Assembly (NCBI GenBank): GCA_963693055.1
Contig: OY843751.1
Location: 3,552,001 to 3,616,000, forward strand
Direction: 5' to 3'
Length of the DNA stretch: 64,000 bases
Source of the DNA: a bacterium
GTDB taxonomy: Bacteria > Zhuqueibacterota > Zhuqueibacteria > Residuimicrobiales > Krinioviventaceae
Shown here: piece after piece, positions 19,806 through 30,639 of the stretch
Numbering within the stretch: position 1 is the first letter of the stretch
Layout of the letters: each line of letters begins with the position of its first letter
Notes under the pieces: generated by a model
The model's input: the letters and a program-made list of their open reading frames with translations, nothing else
Database searches by the model: none
Told to the model about the DNA's origin: nothing
Translations under genes and position numbers: made by a program

Positions 19806-21200
19806 TCAATCAACAATACTATTCAAGTATTTCTCCAACATGGTATAACCGTCTTTAGCTATGATATTTCTATCATTGGGATCGTCTTTATTTAGATGAT
19901 TCTCAATCTCCCAAACATCAGGCATGCCATCATTATCAGAATCTGTGGGGGCCGGAGCACTTTTAAGTATTGGCCAGCCACCAACATCATTTTGGGTGTC
20001 AATAATGCCACATATTTTTGATGGATCAGCAACCTGGTGCTCATTTTTATAACTGAGCCCTTCAAAGGTTGCATTGCCTGTACGTACTTCGTTAATAATT
20101 CTTTTATCAATGGCATCTCTTTTGGGCACAATTGCGCCCGCATTGTTTAGAACAGTTTGGTAAGCTTTTTGGGCAGTTTGTTGTTTAATAGACATGGATG
20201 GCCAGGGTTCATCAAGTTTGATTTTTTCTACAGATATATCCGTTTGTACTCCTCCATCCCAATTATGGGCTGAAACCTCATCATTACCCTCAACAACATT
20301 ATCTGCGATGTACCATTTTCCATGATCTGTTTCGCTTCTAAAAGAGGGACTGGCAATTCGGTACGATACATTACCGGGCTTTGTAGCCGGACCCGGTTTA
20401 TAATAATTGGCAACAATATTAAAACTGGAAAAATTAAATCGATCATCACCGGTTTGAAACTTTTCACCACCGTAAAGGCTTTGATACCCCCAGTTATAGA
20501 TCACATTATTTCTATAATCCGTATATCCGGAACCCGAAGCCATTCTCGGATTTCTACTGCTATGATGCGCCAGCAGATTATGATGATAGGAACTATAATT
20601 ACTTCCCCAAATACCACCAAAACCGTGAGAACCTTTGATATGATTAGATTTACTCATACTTTCTGAAATAATGCACCATTGAACCGTCACACTATCGCAA
20701 TGATAGATCGACATACACTCATCAACACTCCAGCTTGCTGATATATGGTCAAGAATAATATTTTTAGTAAATCGGCTCGATATGGCATCATAATCATTAC
20801 CCGATTCATCCCCCAGTCTTACCCGAAGGTATCTGATGATGACATGGTCCGCATCAATACTAATGGGATGTCTTTTAATACAAATACCATCACCCGGTGC
20901 TGTTTGGCCAGCTATGGTAATATACGGTTTCTTGATTTTTAATGGACTTTCAAGATCTATTGTACCAGACACCTCAAAAACAACTGTTCGTGGACCTGAG
21001 GCCTCAATCGCAGCTCTTAGACTTCCTTCTCCGCTATCATTCAAATTGGTAACTTTGTATACAACACCACCCCGACCGCCTGATGTATATTTCCCATAAC
21101 CCTCGGCTCCGGGAAAAGCGAGTTGTTGAGAATGTAGCTGTCCAAATATTATTAAGATTATAAACAATACTACTGATTTAAAAATGTAAAAATACTTCAT
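19806..21200 (-). CDS. Pectate lyase, PL1 (subfamily 2-like), secreted
   Basis: Signal peptide; LAFPGAEGYG..GGRGG, TIAGQTAPGDGI, DHISASWSVDE, RNPR, DSDNDGMPDVWE, GYTMLEKYLN. Confidence 0.88.
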   Translation of the reverse strand: MKYFYIFKSVVLFIILIIFGQLHSQQLAFPGAEGYGKYTSGGRGGVVYKVTNLNDSGEGSLRAAIEASGPRTVVFEVSGTIDLESPLKIKKPYITIAGQTAPGDGICIKRHPISIDADHVIIRYLRVRLGDESGNDYDAISSRFTKNIILDHISASWSVDECMSIYHCDSVTVQWCIISESMSKSNHIKGSHGFGGIWGSNYSSYHHNLLAHHSSRNPRMASGSGYTDYRNNVIYNWGYQSLYGGEKFQTGDDRFNFSSFNIVANYYKPGPATKPGNVSYRIASPSFRSETDHGKWYIADNVVEGNDEVSAHNWDGGVQTDISVEKIKLDEPWPSMSIKQQTAQKAYQTVLNNAGAIVPKRDAIDKRIINEVRTGNATFEGLSYKNEHQVADPSKICGIIDTQNDVGGWPILKSAPAPTDSDNDGMPDVWEIENHLNKDDPNDRNIIAKDGYTMLEKYLNSIVD

Positions 21201-21219
21201 AGTTTACTCTCGTCTTAAA

Positions 21220-22662
21220 TTATTCAACGGTAACAACTATCCGTTGATATCTCGTTAATTGCGGTGTTCCTGAATCTTTTACCTCGCAAATGACATGAAG
21301 GGTTTCACCTTTAGCAGCATCTTTAGGAATAATAAAGGATGCCTGTTCCTGCCCTGCATCTTTAATATCAATGATTCCATCATAGGTATCCGCTTCTTTA
21401 TATTGCCACCATTGATATGTAAGATCATCTCCATCCGGATCGGTTGTGCCCTTGGCGTTTAAATTCACCAAATCACCCGGTTTAGCCTGCAAATCATTTG
21501 CATGTGCCAGCCTAACGATTGGCGGATGATTGGCCTCATCATACGAATTCACACACCAGTCGGCACGGGCAGCAAAATCATTTTGAAACGCATCGGACCA
21601 TCTCCAAATGGGTTTAAAATATTCAGCATGGTCATTACTGTTTGATACAGTTGCGCCTTTTTTAGAACTCGTTCTTCCCCATGCCGATGAGCCATACCAC
21701 CGACCTTTAGGATATTCATAACCTTTTTCTGGTACCGGATCAAGCCAGGTGTTCTCTCGAATGCGTACATAGCGACCACCCCAGCCTCCCCAGTCCGGAG
21801 ATTCAAGGTTTCGCAAACCGGTAACAATCGCGTGCATAAATGAGGGCGAATCGCCTTCGGAACGGAAATCCCCGTCATCAAATCCTTTATCGCCTGCTTT
21901 GTGTGCTTTGTAAAGCGAGCACAAAGGACCATGATTATCTAATATATTGCTTTTCATCCACTCGCCAACATAATATGGATGCATATCCTGGGGCTGACAG
22001 GTCTTCCATCGATAGGCAATGGCCTCAAACTGGTCAGAAATAATGGTTAGGATATTATATTTGCCCCAATGCGGACGAATATATGCCTGATAGGTTGAAT
22101 CCTGTTCCCAGATAAAAAAGAAGCGGATTTTGTTGGCCACCTCTTGCATACGATCAGGATGATCTTCTTCAATTGTCCTGAGCGCTCGCGCTATAGTATT
22201 GGTTCCACCCCAGGCCTGCAGCCAAACCGGACGATCATCAGATTTGTCCAATAATACTTTGACAATCAACTCTGAACCGGCAGTTATTTTATCCATTTCA
22301 CCTTCAGTTTCAACATTTCCAAGTGCTGTACGTGCTTTAAGGTAATCCGGAGTAGGATATTCAGGATCATGCTTGACCAGGTTGGGATAAACCTGCGTGT
22401 ACGCATCAAGATAGGGATCAAGCCAGTCATCACCGGCCCACCGGTGTCCGTGCCAGTGATATTGCGAACTGGAGGTTACAATCGCTTCAATGTCCCAGTC
22501 ATTGGTATAAAGCAGACAACGCACCATGGAACACTCGTCATCAATCTCTCCATCACTGGTAATAATAACGCGTGGTTTTTCTGAATCTTGAGACTGGTTT
22601 ACGGCAAACACATATAATGATGTTAACAAAATAATTAATAGTATAAAATTTATGATTTTCAT
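21220..22662 (-). CDS. DUF1593 (nucleoside-hydrolase-like) secreted protein with C-terminal Ig/PKD-like domain
   Basis: ATG 22662 with GAGG RBS; KPRVIITSDGEIDD, AWGGTNTIA, SEGDSPSF, GGWGGRY, FQNDFAARADWC..ANHPP, DPDGDDLTYQWW. Confidence 0.8.
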   Translation of the reverse strand: MKIINFILLIILLTSLYVFAVNQSQDSEKPRVIITSDGEIDDECSMVRCLLYTNDWDIEAIVTSSSQYHWHGHRWAGDDWLDPYLDAYTQVYPNLVKHDPEYPTPDYLKARTALGNVETEGEMDKITAGSELIVKVLLDKSDDRPVWLQAWGGTNTIARALRTIEEDHPDRMQEVANKIRFFFIWEQDSTYQAYIRPHWGKYNILTIISDQFEAIAYRWKTCQPQDMHPYYVGEWMKSNILDNHGPLCSLYKAHKAGDKGFDDGDFRSEGDSPSFMHAIVTGLRNLESPDWGGWGGRYVRIRENTWLDPVPEKGYEYPKGRWYGSSAWGRTSSKKGATVSNSNDHAEYFKPIWRWSDAFQNDFAARADWCVNSYDEANHPPIVRLAHANDLQAKPGDLVNLNAKGTTDPDGDDLTYQWWQYKEADTYDGIIDIKDAGQEQASFIIPKDAAKGETLHVICEVKDSGTPQLTRYQRIVVTVE

Positions 22663-22673
22663 TAAACAAATCC

Positions 22674-24161
22674 TCAATTTAATAATGCCACAGCAGACTG
22701 CCATCCCTTGTAATCATTCATCACATCAGGATTCTCCAGGGGATAATACACAATATGATCATATTTCAATTGTTTCAAATCATTCAGGTCTTTATACATA
22801 CCTGAACCCAATCCAGCCATTAATCCAGCACCCAGTGCAGAAATATCGGCTATACCTATATTATTTACATTAACACGCAAAAGGTCAGAGATAAACTGCA
22901 TTACAAATTTATTATTGGTAATACCACCATCGGCCATCAGTTCCTTTAAGGAAATGCCGGCATCTGCTTCCATAGCAGTGATCACGTCTTTTATCTGGTA
23001 AGGAATGGATTCCAATGCAGCCCGAACAATATGACGCTTGTCCGCACCAAAGGTCAAACCGCTGATCACAGCCCTTGCATCCATCTGCCAATGCGGCGCA
23101 CCTAATCCGCTGAATGCAGGTACCAAGTACACGCCTTCATTGCCATCCAAAGCAGTGGCCATAGCTTCTGTTTCTGACGAATCCGAAAATAGTCCCAACT
23201 GGTTCTTGAGCCAATTGATACTTGCTCCCGCAGTAACAATAATGCCTTCCAAGGCATAATCCGTTCTGTCAGCAGTGCTCCAGCAAATCGTTGCAACCAT
23301 ACCATTCTTAGATTCTACCCTTTTGCTGCCGGTATTCATCAAAATGGAGGAACCCGTACCCAAGGTAACTTTGGCATCTCCGGGAGCAAAGCATCCTTCG
23401 CCGAAAGCAGCCGCGTGCGAGTCTCCAATCATGCCGGTTATGGGAATAGGAGCTTCAAACACACCTTCAAAATCAGATGAACCATAATTATAAGCAGAGG
23501 GTTTGGGTTCGGGAAGGTTTAGTTTCTCCACACCAAACAATTTCAGCATTTCACTGTCCCATTTCAGCTCATTTATATTGAAAAACAGGGTTCGTGATGC
23601 ATTGGTATAATCCGTATAATAACTTTTTGCCTGTGTCAATTTATATAAAAGCCAGGAATCCACAGTACCGCCAAAAGCTTTGCCTGAATCAATTGCTGAT
23701 TTTACTATATCACTGTTCTCATTCAACCACATGACTTTAGTACCGGAAAAATAAGGATCAATGATTAAACCGGTGCGGGCTGTGATTTCTTTTTCAACAT
23801 CCTGCGTTTTGAGTCGGTTACAGATTTCTACCGAACGTTTGCACTGCCAAACTACCGCATTATGTAACGGATTGCCTGTTTCATCCCATAGTAAATAGGT
23901 TTCACGCTGGTTCGAGATTCCGCATGTGTTAATATTGTTCAAATCACCGCCCTGTTGTTTATACTGATCTACACACTGGTGAACGGATTCAATAACCGTT
24001 TGATAAATTTCTTCAGGGTTCTGTTCTACAAAACCGGGTTTGGGATAACTTGAAGCCAGTTCCACAGTTGCTTTAACAATCAGCTTTCCATTTTCGTCAA
24101 ATAAAACAGTTTTTGTTCCACTGGTGCCCTGATCAATCGCCAGGATTAATTTCTGCTGCAT
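22674..24161 (-). CDS. aplK: FGGY/glycerol-kinase-like kinase; probable D-apulose kinase
   Basis: LAIDQGTSGTK, GISNQRET, VWQC, DPYFSGTK, GDSHAA (GlpK has GDQQAA), YALEG; follows split transketolase in an apiose-type cluster. Confidence 0.7.
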   Translation of the reverse strand: MQQKLILAIDQGTSGTKTVLFDENGKLIVKATVELASSYPKPGFVEQNPEEIYQTVIESVHQCVDQYKQQGGDLNNINTCGISNQRETYLLWDETGNPLHNAVVWQCKRSVEICNRLKTQDVEKEITARTGLIIDPYFSGTKVMWLNENSDIVKSAIDSGKAFGGTVDSWLLYKLTQAKSYYTDYTNASRTLFFNINELKWDSEMLKLFGVEKLNLPEPKPSAYNYGSSDFEGVFEAPIPITGMIGDSHAAAFGEGCFAPGDAKVTLGTGSSILMNTGSKRVESKNGMVATICWSTADRTDYALEGIIVTAGASINWLKNQLGLFSDSSETEAMATALDGNEGVYLVPAFSGLGAPHWQMDARAVISGLTFGADKRHIVRAALESIPYQIKDVITAMEADAGISLKELMADGGITNNKFVMQFISDLLRVNVNNIGIADISALGAGLMAGLGSGMYKDLNDLKQLKYDHIVYYPLENPDVMNDYKGWQSAVALLN

Positions 24162-24170
24162 GAAAAATCC

Positions 24171-25115
24171 TTACTTTAATAATTGCTTTGCGGTTTCTGC
24201 CAATCCTTGTGCAGAAATACCATAATGACCAAATATTTCCAATTGACTACCAGTAACCGTATATTCATCAGGAATGCCTACACGCTTGAACGCGGTAGAT
24301 ATACCAGCTTCCAGAATTAGTGCGGCAACGGCCTCTCCCAGACCACCATTAACCAGATGTTCTTCTACTGTTATTACTGCATTACAGGATTGGGCCGCTG
24401 ATAAAATCGCTTCATTGTCCAGAGGTTTTATGGTATGCATACTTATCACTCTTGCAAATATTCCATAATCTGCCAGTTCCTCAGCAGCTGCAAGTGCATG
24501 ATAGACCGTTTCTCCTGTAGCAATTAAGGCAACATCATCACCTTTGCGCAAGGTTATGGCTTTGCCCGGTTCAAACACTGTATTTTCCGAGTGCAGATCA
24601 TACATGGGGCGTTTTCCAAACCGAACATAAACGGGATGCGGCATTTCAGCCGCAGCCATAATAGCATGACGGGTTTCAAAATTATCAGCAGGTACCATTA
24701 TCATTATATTATTAATAGCTCGCAATACAGCCAGATCGTGCAGTGAGTGGTGTGTAGAACCCAGGGCACCATAACTGACACCCGAGCTAATACCCACCAA
24801 CGTTACGGGATTATCAGAATAACAGACATCATTTTTGATCTGATCTAACGCACGGGCAGATAAAAAACAGCCCGGTGATACGGCAAAAACTTTTTTACCT
24901 GTAGATGCAAGTCCGGCAGATATGCCTACCAGATTCTGTTCAGCAATACCAACTTCAACAATCTGGTTTGGATATTTTTCTCCAAAAGGTACCAGTTTCC
25001 CTGACCCGCGGGAATCACTGGTTACTGCAAATATCGATTTATCTGTCTCTGCCAGTTCCATTAAGGTATTGGCAAAGACCTCAAGATTGGGTTTTCCTAA
25101 TACAAGGGAATTCAT
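24171..25115 (-). CDS. aptB: Transketolase C-terminal subunit; probable apulose-4-phosphate transketolase B
   Basis: TSDSRGSG, VGIAEQNLVG, GSTHHSLHD, TVEEH..GGLG. Confidence 0.75.
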   Translation of the reverse strand: MNSLVLGKPNLEVFANTLMELAETDKSIFAVTSDSRGSGKLVPFGEKYPNQIVEVGIAEQNLVGISAGLASTGKKVFAVSPGCFLSARALDQIKNDVCYSDNPVTLVGISSGVSYGALGSTHHSLHDLAVLRAINNIMIMVPADNFETRHAIMAAAEMPHPVYVRFGKRPMYDLHSENTVFEPGKAITLRKGDDVALIATGETVYHALAAAEELADYGIFARVISMHTIKPLDNEAILSAAQSCNAVITVEEHLVNGGLGEAVAALILEAGISTAFKRVGIPDEYTVTGSQLEIFGHYGISAQGLAETAKQLLK

Positions 25116-25213
25116 TACGAATACCAGCCTTTCAAATTATATAAACTTGCCTGCCTGTATAACAAGCCAGGCAATGCATTTTATCTATATACCGCCACAA
25201 GCGGTGAATCTAA

Positions 25214-26038
25214 TTATAATGCGGACAACTGGCTATCCAGCTCCTGCATAGCAGTTTCATATTGTTCATCCGAAGGAACACCGTGGTGCCACTTTTTCAC
25301 ATTTTCCATAAAAGAAACACCTTTGCCTTTAGTGGTACGGGCAATAATCATAGTGGGTTTGCCGGTTTCCAAAGGCGCATTGTTCAATGTTGTTTCCAAC
25401 TCGTCAAAATTATGGCCATCAACCGTTTTTACAGCCCAACCAAATGCAGAAAATTTTTCTTCTAAAGGATCGGTCTCACATACTTCCTTGGTTGGGCCGG
25501 TGATCTGTAATCCGTTATAATCCAGAATGGCTACAAGATTGTCCAGCTTGTAATGCGATGCAGACAGCATGGCCTCCCAGTTTGAGCCTTCTGCTAACTC
25601 GCCATCTCCCAGCAGAGTAAATACCCGATAAGGAAGCTTGTCTTTTTTAGCAGCCAGGGCCATTCCCACACAGATTGGCAGCCCATGTCCCAATCCTCCG
25701 GTATTCTGCTCAATCCCTTTTACCTTACGGGTAGGATGCCCCACATAATTAGACTGGTACTTGCATAATGTTTCAAGATCAGTTACAGGGAAAAATCCCT
25801 TGTCTGCCAGCACAACATATAATGCTTCAACCGAATGCCCTTTGCTTTGGATATAGCGGTCACGGTTGGGATCAGAAAAGTTATCCGGCGTTACATTCAA
25901 AACGCGGTTATAAAGAACATTTAATATATCTATACAGGAAAGATCTCCGCCGGTATGACCGGCATTGGCGATCTTTATATATTTCAATATATTTTTTCGA
26001 TACTCGATCGATTTTTTCAACAATTCAGTTTTATTCAT
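25214..26038 (-). CDS. aptA: Transketolase N-terminal (TPP-binding) subunit; probable apulose-4-phosphate transketolase A
   Basis: GHTGGDLS, QSKGH, GHPT, GDGELAEGSNWEA, TTKGKGVSFME, WHH. Confidence 0.75.
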   Translation of the reverse strand: MNKTELLKKSIEYRKNILKYIKIANAGHTGGDLSCIDILNVLYNRVLNVTPDNFSDPNRDRYIQSKGHSVEALYVVLADKGFFPVTDLETLCKYQSNYVGHPTRKVKGIEQNTGGLGHGLPICVGMALAAKKDKLPYRVFTLLGDGELAEGSNWEAMLSASHYKLDNLVAILDYNGLQITGPTKEVCETDPLEEKFSAFGWAVKTVDGHNFDELETTLNNAPLETGKPTMIIARTTKGKGVSFMENVKKWHHGVPSDEQYETAMQELDSQLSAL

Positions 26039-26059
26039 TTTTACTCAACTATTTCATTA

Positions 26060-27466
26060 TTATTGATGATTATAAACTTCCCATCCCAGGTATTTACTGA
26101 ACGCTTCGTTTAAAACACCTGCGGTATGAGACAAATTCATGGCAACATGGTGTTCAAATCCATTTTCACAGATATGTCTCAAAAGCCCCTCCAGATTGGG
26201 AATATTTGCAACAGCTCGGCTGCCAAAGGTATCTAACGGATCATTGGTAAAATCGCCATGGCCTACATACGCATTAATTAATCCTATTGAATCATCGGTT
26301 GACAAGCGGGCATACGTCAATGGACCTGCAGGTGTACGCCCTTCCAGTGCACCATAGGTATTTTCTTCACCTAAAGTAGAGCCCAAAATGGGTGCAGTAC
26401 TGATTGCTATATCCGGTATAAAGGATTTTGCCCAGTTACCGCAATGGAACATGACGAGTTTATCAGGCTCGCCACCGTAATTATTGTTCCAATCAGCGAG
26501 TGCGCTGGGGCGTCCCGATGCCAACTGTAATGCATACATGGATAATGCACCCATTACATCTACTTCACAAGCACTGGGGATGAGTCTTTCACTCATCATG
26601 CTCATGCTGGTACAAACATTTATACCGAAATTCATCTGTAATGAATCCCAACATTGGATTGCGGTTGCGTTTAAACCATTTTCCTCTACGAAACGGTTGA
26701 TCACTGCATCCAGTTTGGCCATGGACATTAATTTTTCTTCCGGTACTTTATCATAGTTAGCAAACGCTTTAATGGTTTCCAAACTCTTTTTCGCTGCAGG
26801 ATCGCTGTTACTCAGGCGATCAAAATCACCCCAAATCTGGGACAAGTCAACGGTTACCACATTTATTCCATATTCCTGCAACAGTTTCTCACTATAACGT
26901 ACTGTATTAAAAGCACCAGGACGTGCGCCAATGGCACCAATACGTGCATTCTTTAAACCGTTTACAACACGGCAAACCGATACAAAATCAACGAGATCTT
27001 TATGGAACGCTTCATCCTTCAGACTCATCACATGTTTGCTGGTCAAAGAGTATGGAATACCTGCCTGACGCAGATTATTACATACAGAGATTTTACCGCA
27101 TAATCCATCACGACGGAGTGCAGGGTTCATTTTATTCAAATCATCCGGGCTTGCCTGGATTAAAACAGGCACATTTAATCCGGAAAGCTTAATCGTATCC
27201 AAAACTCCACGTTCATCGCCAAAGTTGGGTAAAACAACCAAAACACCCTCTATTTCGTCACGATGTTTTTTAAACAGTTCAGCACAAACTTTGGCATCCT
27301 GATATGCTTCAACACCGCCAAGTTTTGTTACAGATTCATCCAGCATGATGGGAACAATGTCTAATTTTTTAAAAAGTGCAAAGATATCTGCACGTGCTTC
27401 TGATACCAGATGGTCTGGAAAAAAGGCACGGTTACCAACAATAACACCCAACGTTGTTTTGCTCAT
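26060..27466 (-). CDS. L-fucose/L-arabinose isomerase-family protein; candidate D-apiose isomerase
   Basis: NFGDE, RDGLCGKISV, AIQCW, SACEVD, FHCGN, GFEHHVAM; lies between the ABC transporter and transketolase. Confidence 0.7.
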   Translation of the reverse strand: MSKTTLGVIVGNRAFFPDHLVSEARADIFALFKKLDIVPIMLDESVTKLGGVEAYQDAKVCAELFKKHRDEIEGVLVVLPNFGDERGVLDTIKLSGLNVPVLIQASPDDLNKMNPALRRDGLCGKISVCNNLRQAGIPYSLTSKHVMSLKDEAFHKDLVDFVSVCRVVNGLKNARIGAIGARPGAFNTVRYSEKLLQEYGINVVTVDLSQIWGDFDRLSNSDPAAKKSLETIKAFANYDKVPEEKLMSMAKLDAVINRFVEENGLNATAIQCWDSLQMNFGINVCTSMSMMSERLIPSACEVDVMGALSMYALQLASGRPSALADWNNNYGGEPDKLVMFHCGNWAKSFIPDIAISTAPILGSTLGEENTYGALEGRTPAGPLTYARLSTDDSIGLINAYVGHGDFTNDPLDTFGSRAVANIPNLEGLLRHICENGFEHHVAMNLSHTAGVLNEAFSKYLGWEVYNHQ

Positions 27467-27480
27467 TATTTTCTCCTCAA

Positions 27481-28461
27481 CTATATATTATTCTTAATCT
27501 CTCTACTCATTTTGTCAATTATGACTGCCAACAGAATTACCAGCCCTTTAATGACCTGCTGCCAAAATGGTGAAACGTTTAATAAAACCAGTCCGTTATT
27601 CAAAACACCAATGATCAGCGCTCCCTGCACGGTTCCAATAATAGAACCGCGTCCACCGGACAATGACGTCCCGCCTATAACAACAGCGGCAATAGAGTCC
27701 AGCTCAAAGCCCATACCCGCGTTTGGCTGCGCTGAATCAAGCCTTGAGGTAACCAACAATCCGCCTACAGCCGACATGGTGCCGGCAAGGGTATACACAA
27801 TCATTTTAACACGATCTACATTTAGACCTGACAGGCCGGATGCTTTTTCATTGCTTCCAACCGCGTAAATATAACGTCCTAATCTCTTTTTACGGGTAAG
27901 GACCACCATCAGCACAACAATCAAAGCTGTAATCCACACCGGTACAGGGATGCCCAAAAACCATCCGGTTCCCATAAAAGCAAAAGAATTTCCCAAACCG
28001 GTAATGGGAAATCCACCAGTCCATAACATGGTCAATCCGCGGGCCATGGTTAACATGGCAAGGGTGGCTACAAAGGGTGGAACTCGGAAACGGGTAATAG
28101 CCAATCCATTGACCCAGCCCAGGGCTGAGCCGGTCACCAGACCGGCAATAACTGCTCCCAGAAATGTGAATCCGATAAACAGGTTTAAACCCGGAATTTC
28201 AATACCATTTTTCAGTAATCCGGCTGCTACCGCACCACTAATAGCCAGTATGGACCCTACAGAAAGATCAATGCCTCCCGTTAAAATAACCAGGGTCATT
28301 CCCATGGATAAACAGACATTGACCGATATTTGTCGCATCACATTCCAGGAATTATCAACGGTTAAAAACTTTTCCGTAAAAATGGATAAAAAAACAATCA
28401 TGATCAGCAATGCAATCAATGACTGGAACCGTAATAATGTATTTTTCAAATTCTTGTTCAT
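27481..28461 (-). CDS. Monosaccharide ABC transporter permease (RbsC-like)
   Basis: GMTLVILTGGIDLSVGS, VPPFVATL, GRYIYAVGSNE, ELDSIAAVVIGGTSLSGGRG. Confidence 0.93.
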   Translation of the reverse strand: MNKNLKNTLLRFQSLIALLIMIVFLSIFTEKFLTVDNSWNVMRQISVNVCLSMGMTLVILTGGIDLSVGSILAISGAVAAGLLKNGIEIPGLNLFIGFTFLGAVIAGLVTGSALGWVNGLAITRFRVPPFVATLAMLTMARGLTMLWTGGFPITGLGNSFAFMGTGWFLGIPVPVWITALIVVLMVVLTRKKRLGRYIYAVGSNEKASGLSGLNVDRVKMIVYTLAGTMSAVGGLLVTSRLDSAQPNAGMGFELDSIAAVVIGGTSLSGGRGSIIGTVQGALIIGVLNNGLVLLNVSPFWQQVIKGLVILLAVIIDKMSREIKNNI

Positions 28462-30011
28462 GCAATTTCCTGTTTCTGTGTTTCAATACTCTTGGGGATT
28501 GCCGCACATAGTAAATTTTCTTCTGTCGCCTGAGATGGGGTAAATTCACCGTTTAATTGTCCCTCAGACATGACTAAAATCCGGTCCGAGATAGCAAGTA
28601 CTTCGGGCAATTCAGAAGAGACCATAATGATGCCCAATCCTTTTCCCGCCAACTCGCTGATAAGTTTATAAATTTCATTTTTTGCGCCAACATCTACCCC
28701 GCGTGTGGGCTCGTCCAGGAATAATATACGGGGATGCGTAGCCAGCCATTTAGCAATAACAACTTTTTGCTGATTCCCCCCGCTCAATTTTTCAACCGCC
28801 TGTGTTGTTCCGGGCGTTTTAATCTTTAATTGTTGTATATAATCTTGTGCAAGGTTCTGTTCAGCCTGACAGCTTAAAAATCCACATTTTTCAATCTGTT
28901 GTATATCGGCAAGGCTGATATTCTCTGCAACACTCATCTCTATAATTAATCCCGCGGATTTGCGGTCTTCATGCACATAGCCAATTCCGGCATCTATGGC
29001 CTGTTGCGGATTTTCAATAGAGATTTTACTGCCATCAATATAAATAGAGCCGGTGTGCGCATTGCCATACACACCGAAAATACAATCAAACAATTCGGTA
29101 CGTCCCGCACCCATCAAGCCGAAAATACCCAGCACCTCACCTTTTTTCACATGAAAGGATATATCTTTTAATAAATAATCATTCTCTCTGGCAGGATGTT
29201 TCAGACTCAGGTTTTCAATTTGAAGAACCTCAGCACCAATACTCACTATATCCTTTACGAAAAAATCATCCATATCTCTGCCAACCATGGACCGGATGAT
29301 ATCTTCCTGAGTAAATTCTGAAGAGGGTCCGGAGGTTATATATTGTCCATCTCGAAAGATGGTTATTGCATCAGCAATTTTATCTAGTTCGTCCAGCTTG
29401 TGAGTAATATAAACAATAGCAACACCATCAGCTTTTAGGGATTTAATGAGACCAAACAAAATATCCACTTCATGTTCACTGATTGCCGAAGTTGGCTCAT
29501 CCATGATAATAATTCTGGCATTCAAAGAAAGTGACTTGGCAATTTCAACAATCTGCTGCTGACCTACACGCAGATTTTCGACAGCAGAGTGGGAATGAAT
29601 ATCTGAATTGAGTTTTTGCAACAGCGCCCGCGTATCATCAGCCATCTTTCGATAATCGATAAAACCCAGTCGGGTTAAAGGTTCGCGTCCCAGAAAAATG
29701 TTTTCAGCAACCGTCAGGTGAGGTATCAGATTCAATTCCTGATGGATGATGGCTATACCCAGATCCTGAGCATGCCGGGGGCCGGTAAAACGGACTGGCT
29801 CGCCATCTAGCAGCAGCGTACCCTCGTATTCCGTATATACACCGGACAAAATTTTCATCAAAGTGGATTTACCCGCTCCGTTCTCTCCCAGAATGGCATT
29901 AACCTGTCCCGCGTAAATATCCAGATCAACATTCTGCAATGCCAGAACACCGGGAAATCGTTTACTCACTGACCGTGCAGCGAGTACGGATTTTAATACT
30001 GCATTACTCAT
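28458..30011 (-). CDS. Monosaccharide ABC transporter ATP-binding protein (RbsA-like, two ABC domains)
   Basis: GENGAGKST, MDEPT, LSGGNQQK, LDEPTRGVDVGAK. Confidence 0.95.
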   Translation of the reverse strand: MSNAVLKSVLAARSVSKRFPGVLALQNVDLDIYAGQVNAILGENGAGKSTLMKILSGVYTEYEGTLLLDGEPVRFTGPRHAQDLGIAIIHQELNLIPHLTVAENIFLGREPLTRLGFIDYRKMADDTRALLQKLNSDIHSHSAVENLRVGQQQIVEIAKSLSLNARIIIMDEPTSAISEHEVDILFGLIKSLKADGVAIVYITHKLDELDKIADAITIFRDGQYITSGPSSEFTQEDIIRSMVGRDMDDFFVKDIVSIGAEVLQIENLSLKHPARENDYLLKDISFHVKKGEVLGIFGLMGAGRTELFDCIFGVYGNAHTGSIYIDGSKISIENPQQAIDAGIGYVHEDRKSAGLIIEMSVAENISLADIQQIEKCGFLSCQAEQNLAQDYIQQLKIKTPGTTQAVEKLSGGNQQKVVIAKWLATHPRILFLDEPTRGVDVGAKNEIYKLISELAGKGLGIIMVSSELPEVLAISDRILVMSEGQLNGEFTPSQATEENLLCAAIPKSIETQKQEIA

Positions 30012-30639
30012 GAGAACCTGAAATAATTTTTATCGGGATAATACCCAGGGGATCAATTTCGGGATCATCCTGACTCACTTCGGCAGCACCGATAAATGAA
30101 ACGGAGTGTCCCGTTTGCAACTGGCTTTTTGCAGGATTTACCACCAACTCTCTCACCCGTTTATTGATCTCTGAAGAAATGGCATTAAACTCCATGCTGT
30201 TGGGGAAATCACTCACATCCACCAATCCGGAAGCATCCCGGACAGCGTTGCCAAACAGATCCAGAGCAATCAGCAAGACATCCGGGTTTCCGTCTTTTGT
30301 TGTATCCAAATAAAATCCACTCGGTTCAATCTTGACCACAGTACCCTCACCTTTGATCAAATAAGCGTGTTTGGATGCAATACCCAGTGTTTTAGCATAT
30401 TTCGATACAGCTTTATCCATATCATTTTGAAATAATGGAAGCAGAACATTTGCATCCACAGCTTGGCCCAATACAGACGGAAGTTCTTTATCCCAAAAAT
30501 TCTGTACATATATTTGGGCATCAAAAACATCGGATTTAGCATTTTCTTTCATCTTGTCCAGTTTCTTGATATAAACAGACTGGGACAATATGACCAAACC
30601 CAACACCAGAAAGATAAAATATTTAATTTTTCTCTTCAT
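30004..30639 (-). CDS. DUF2291-family membrane-anchored periplasmic protein
   Basis: N-terminal hydrophobic anchor; [25 protein letters not shown]; position between SBP and ATPase typical of DUF2291. Confidence 0.7.
   Translation of the reverse strand: MKRKIKYFIFLVLGLVILSQSVYIKKLDKMKENAKSDVFDAQIYVQNFWDKELPSVLGQAVDANVLLPLFQNDMDKAVSKYAKTLGIASKHAYLIKGEGTVVKIEPSGFYLDTTKDGNPDVLLIALDLFGNAVRDASGLVDVSDFPNSMEFNAISSEINKRVRELVVNPAKSQLQTGHSVSFIGAAEVSQDDPEIDPLGIIPIKIISGSHE

Noticed and set aside
25116-25213. Two small hairpins between the transketolase subunit genes
   Set aside because: Imperfect or short stems, no recognisable RNA motif and no second copy seen.
27950-28543. 197-aa plus-strand ORF and the many other antisense or nested ORFs in the track (e.g. 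62231-62800, 60717-61235, 15780-16286)
   Set aside because: They are shadows of well-supported genes and carry no motifs or RBS of their own.
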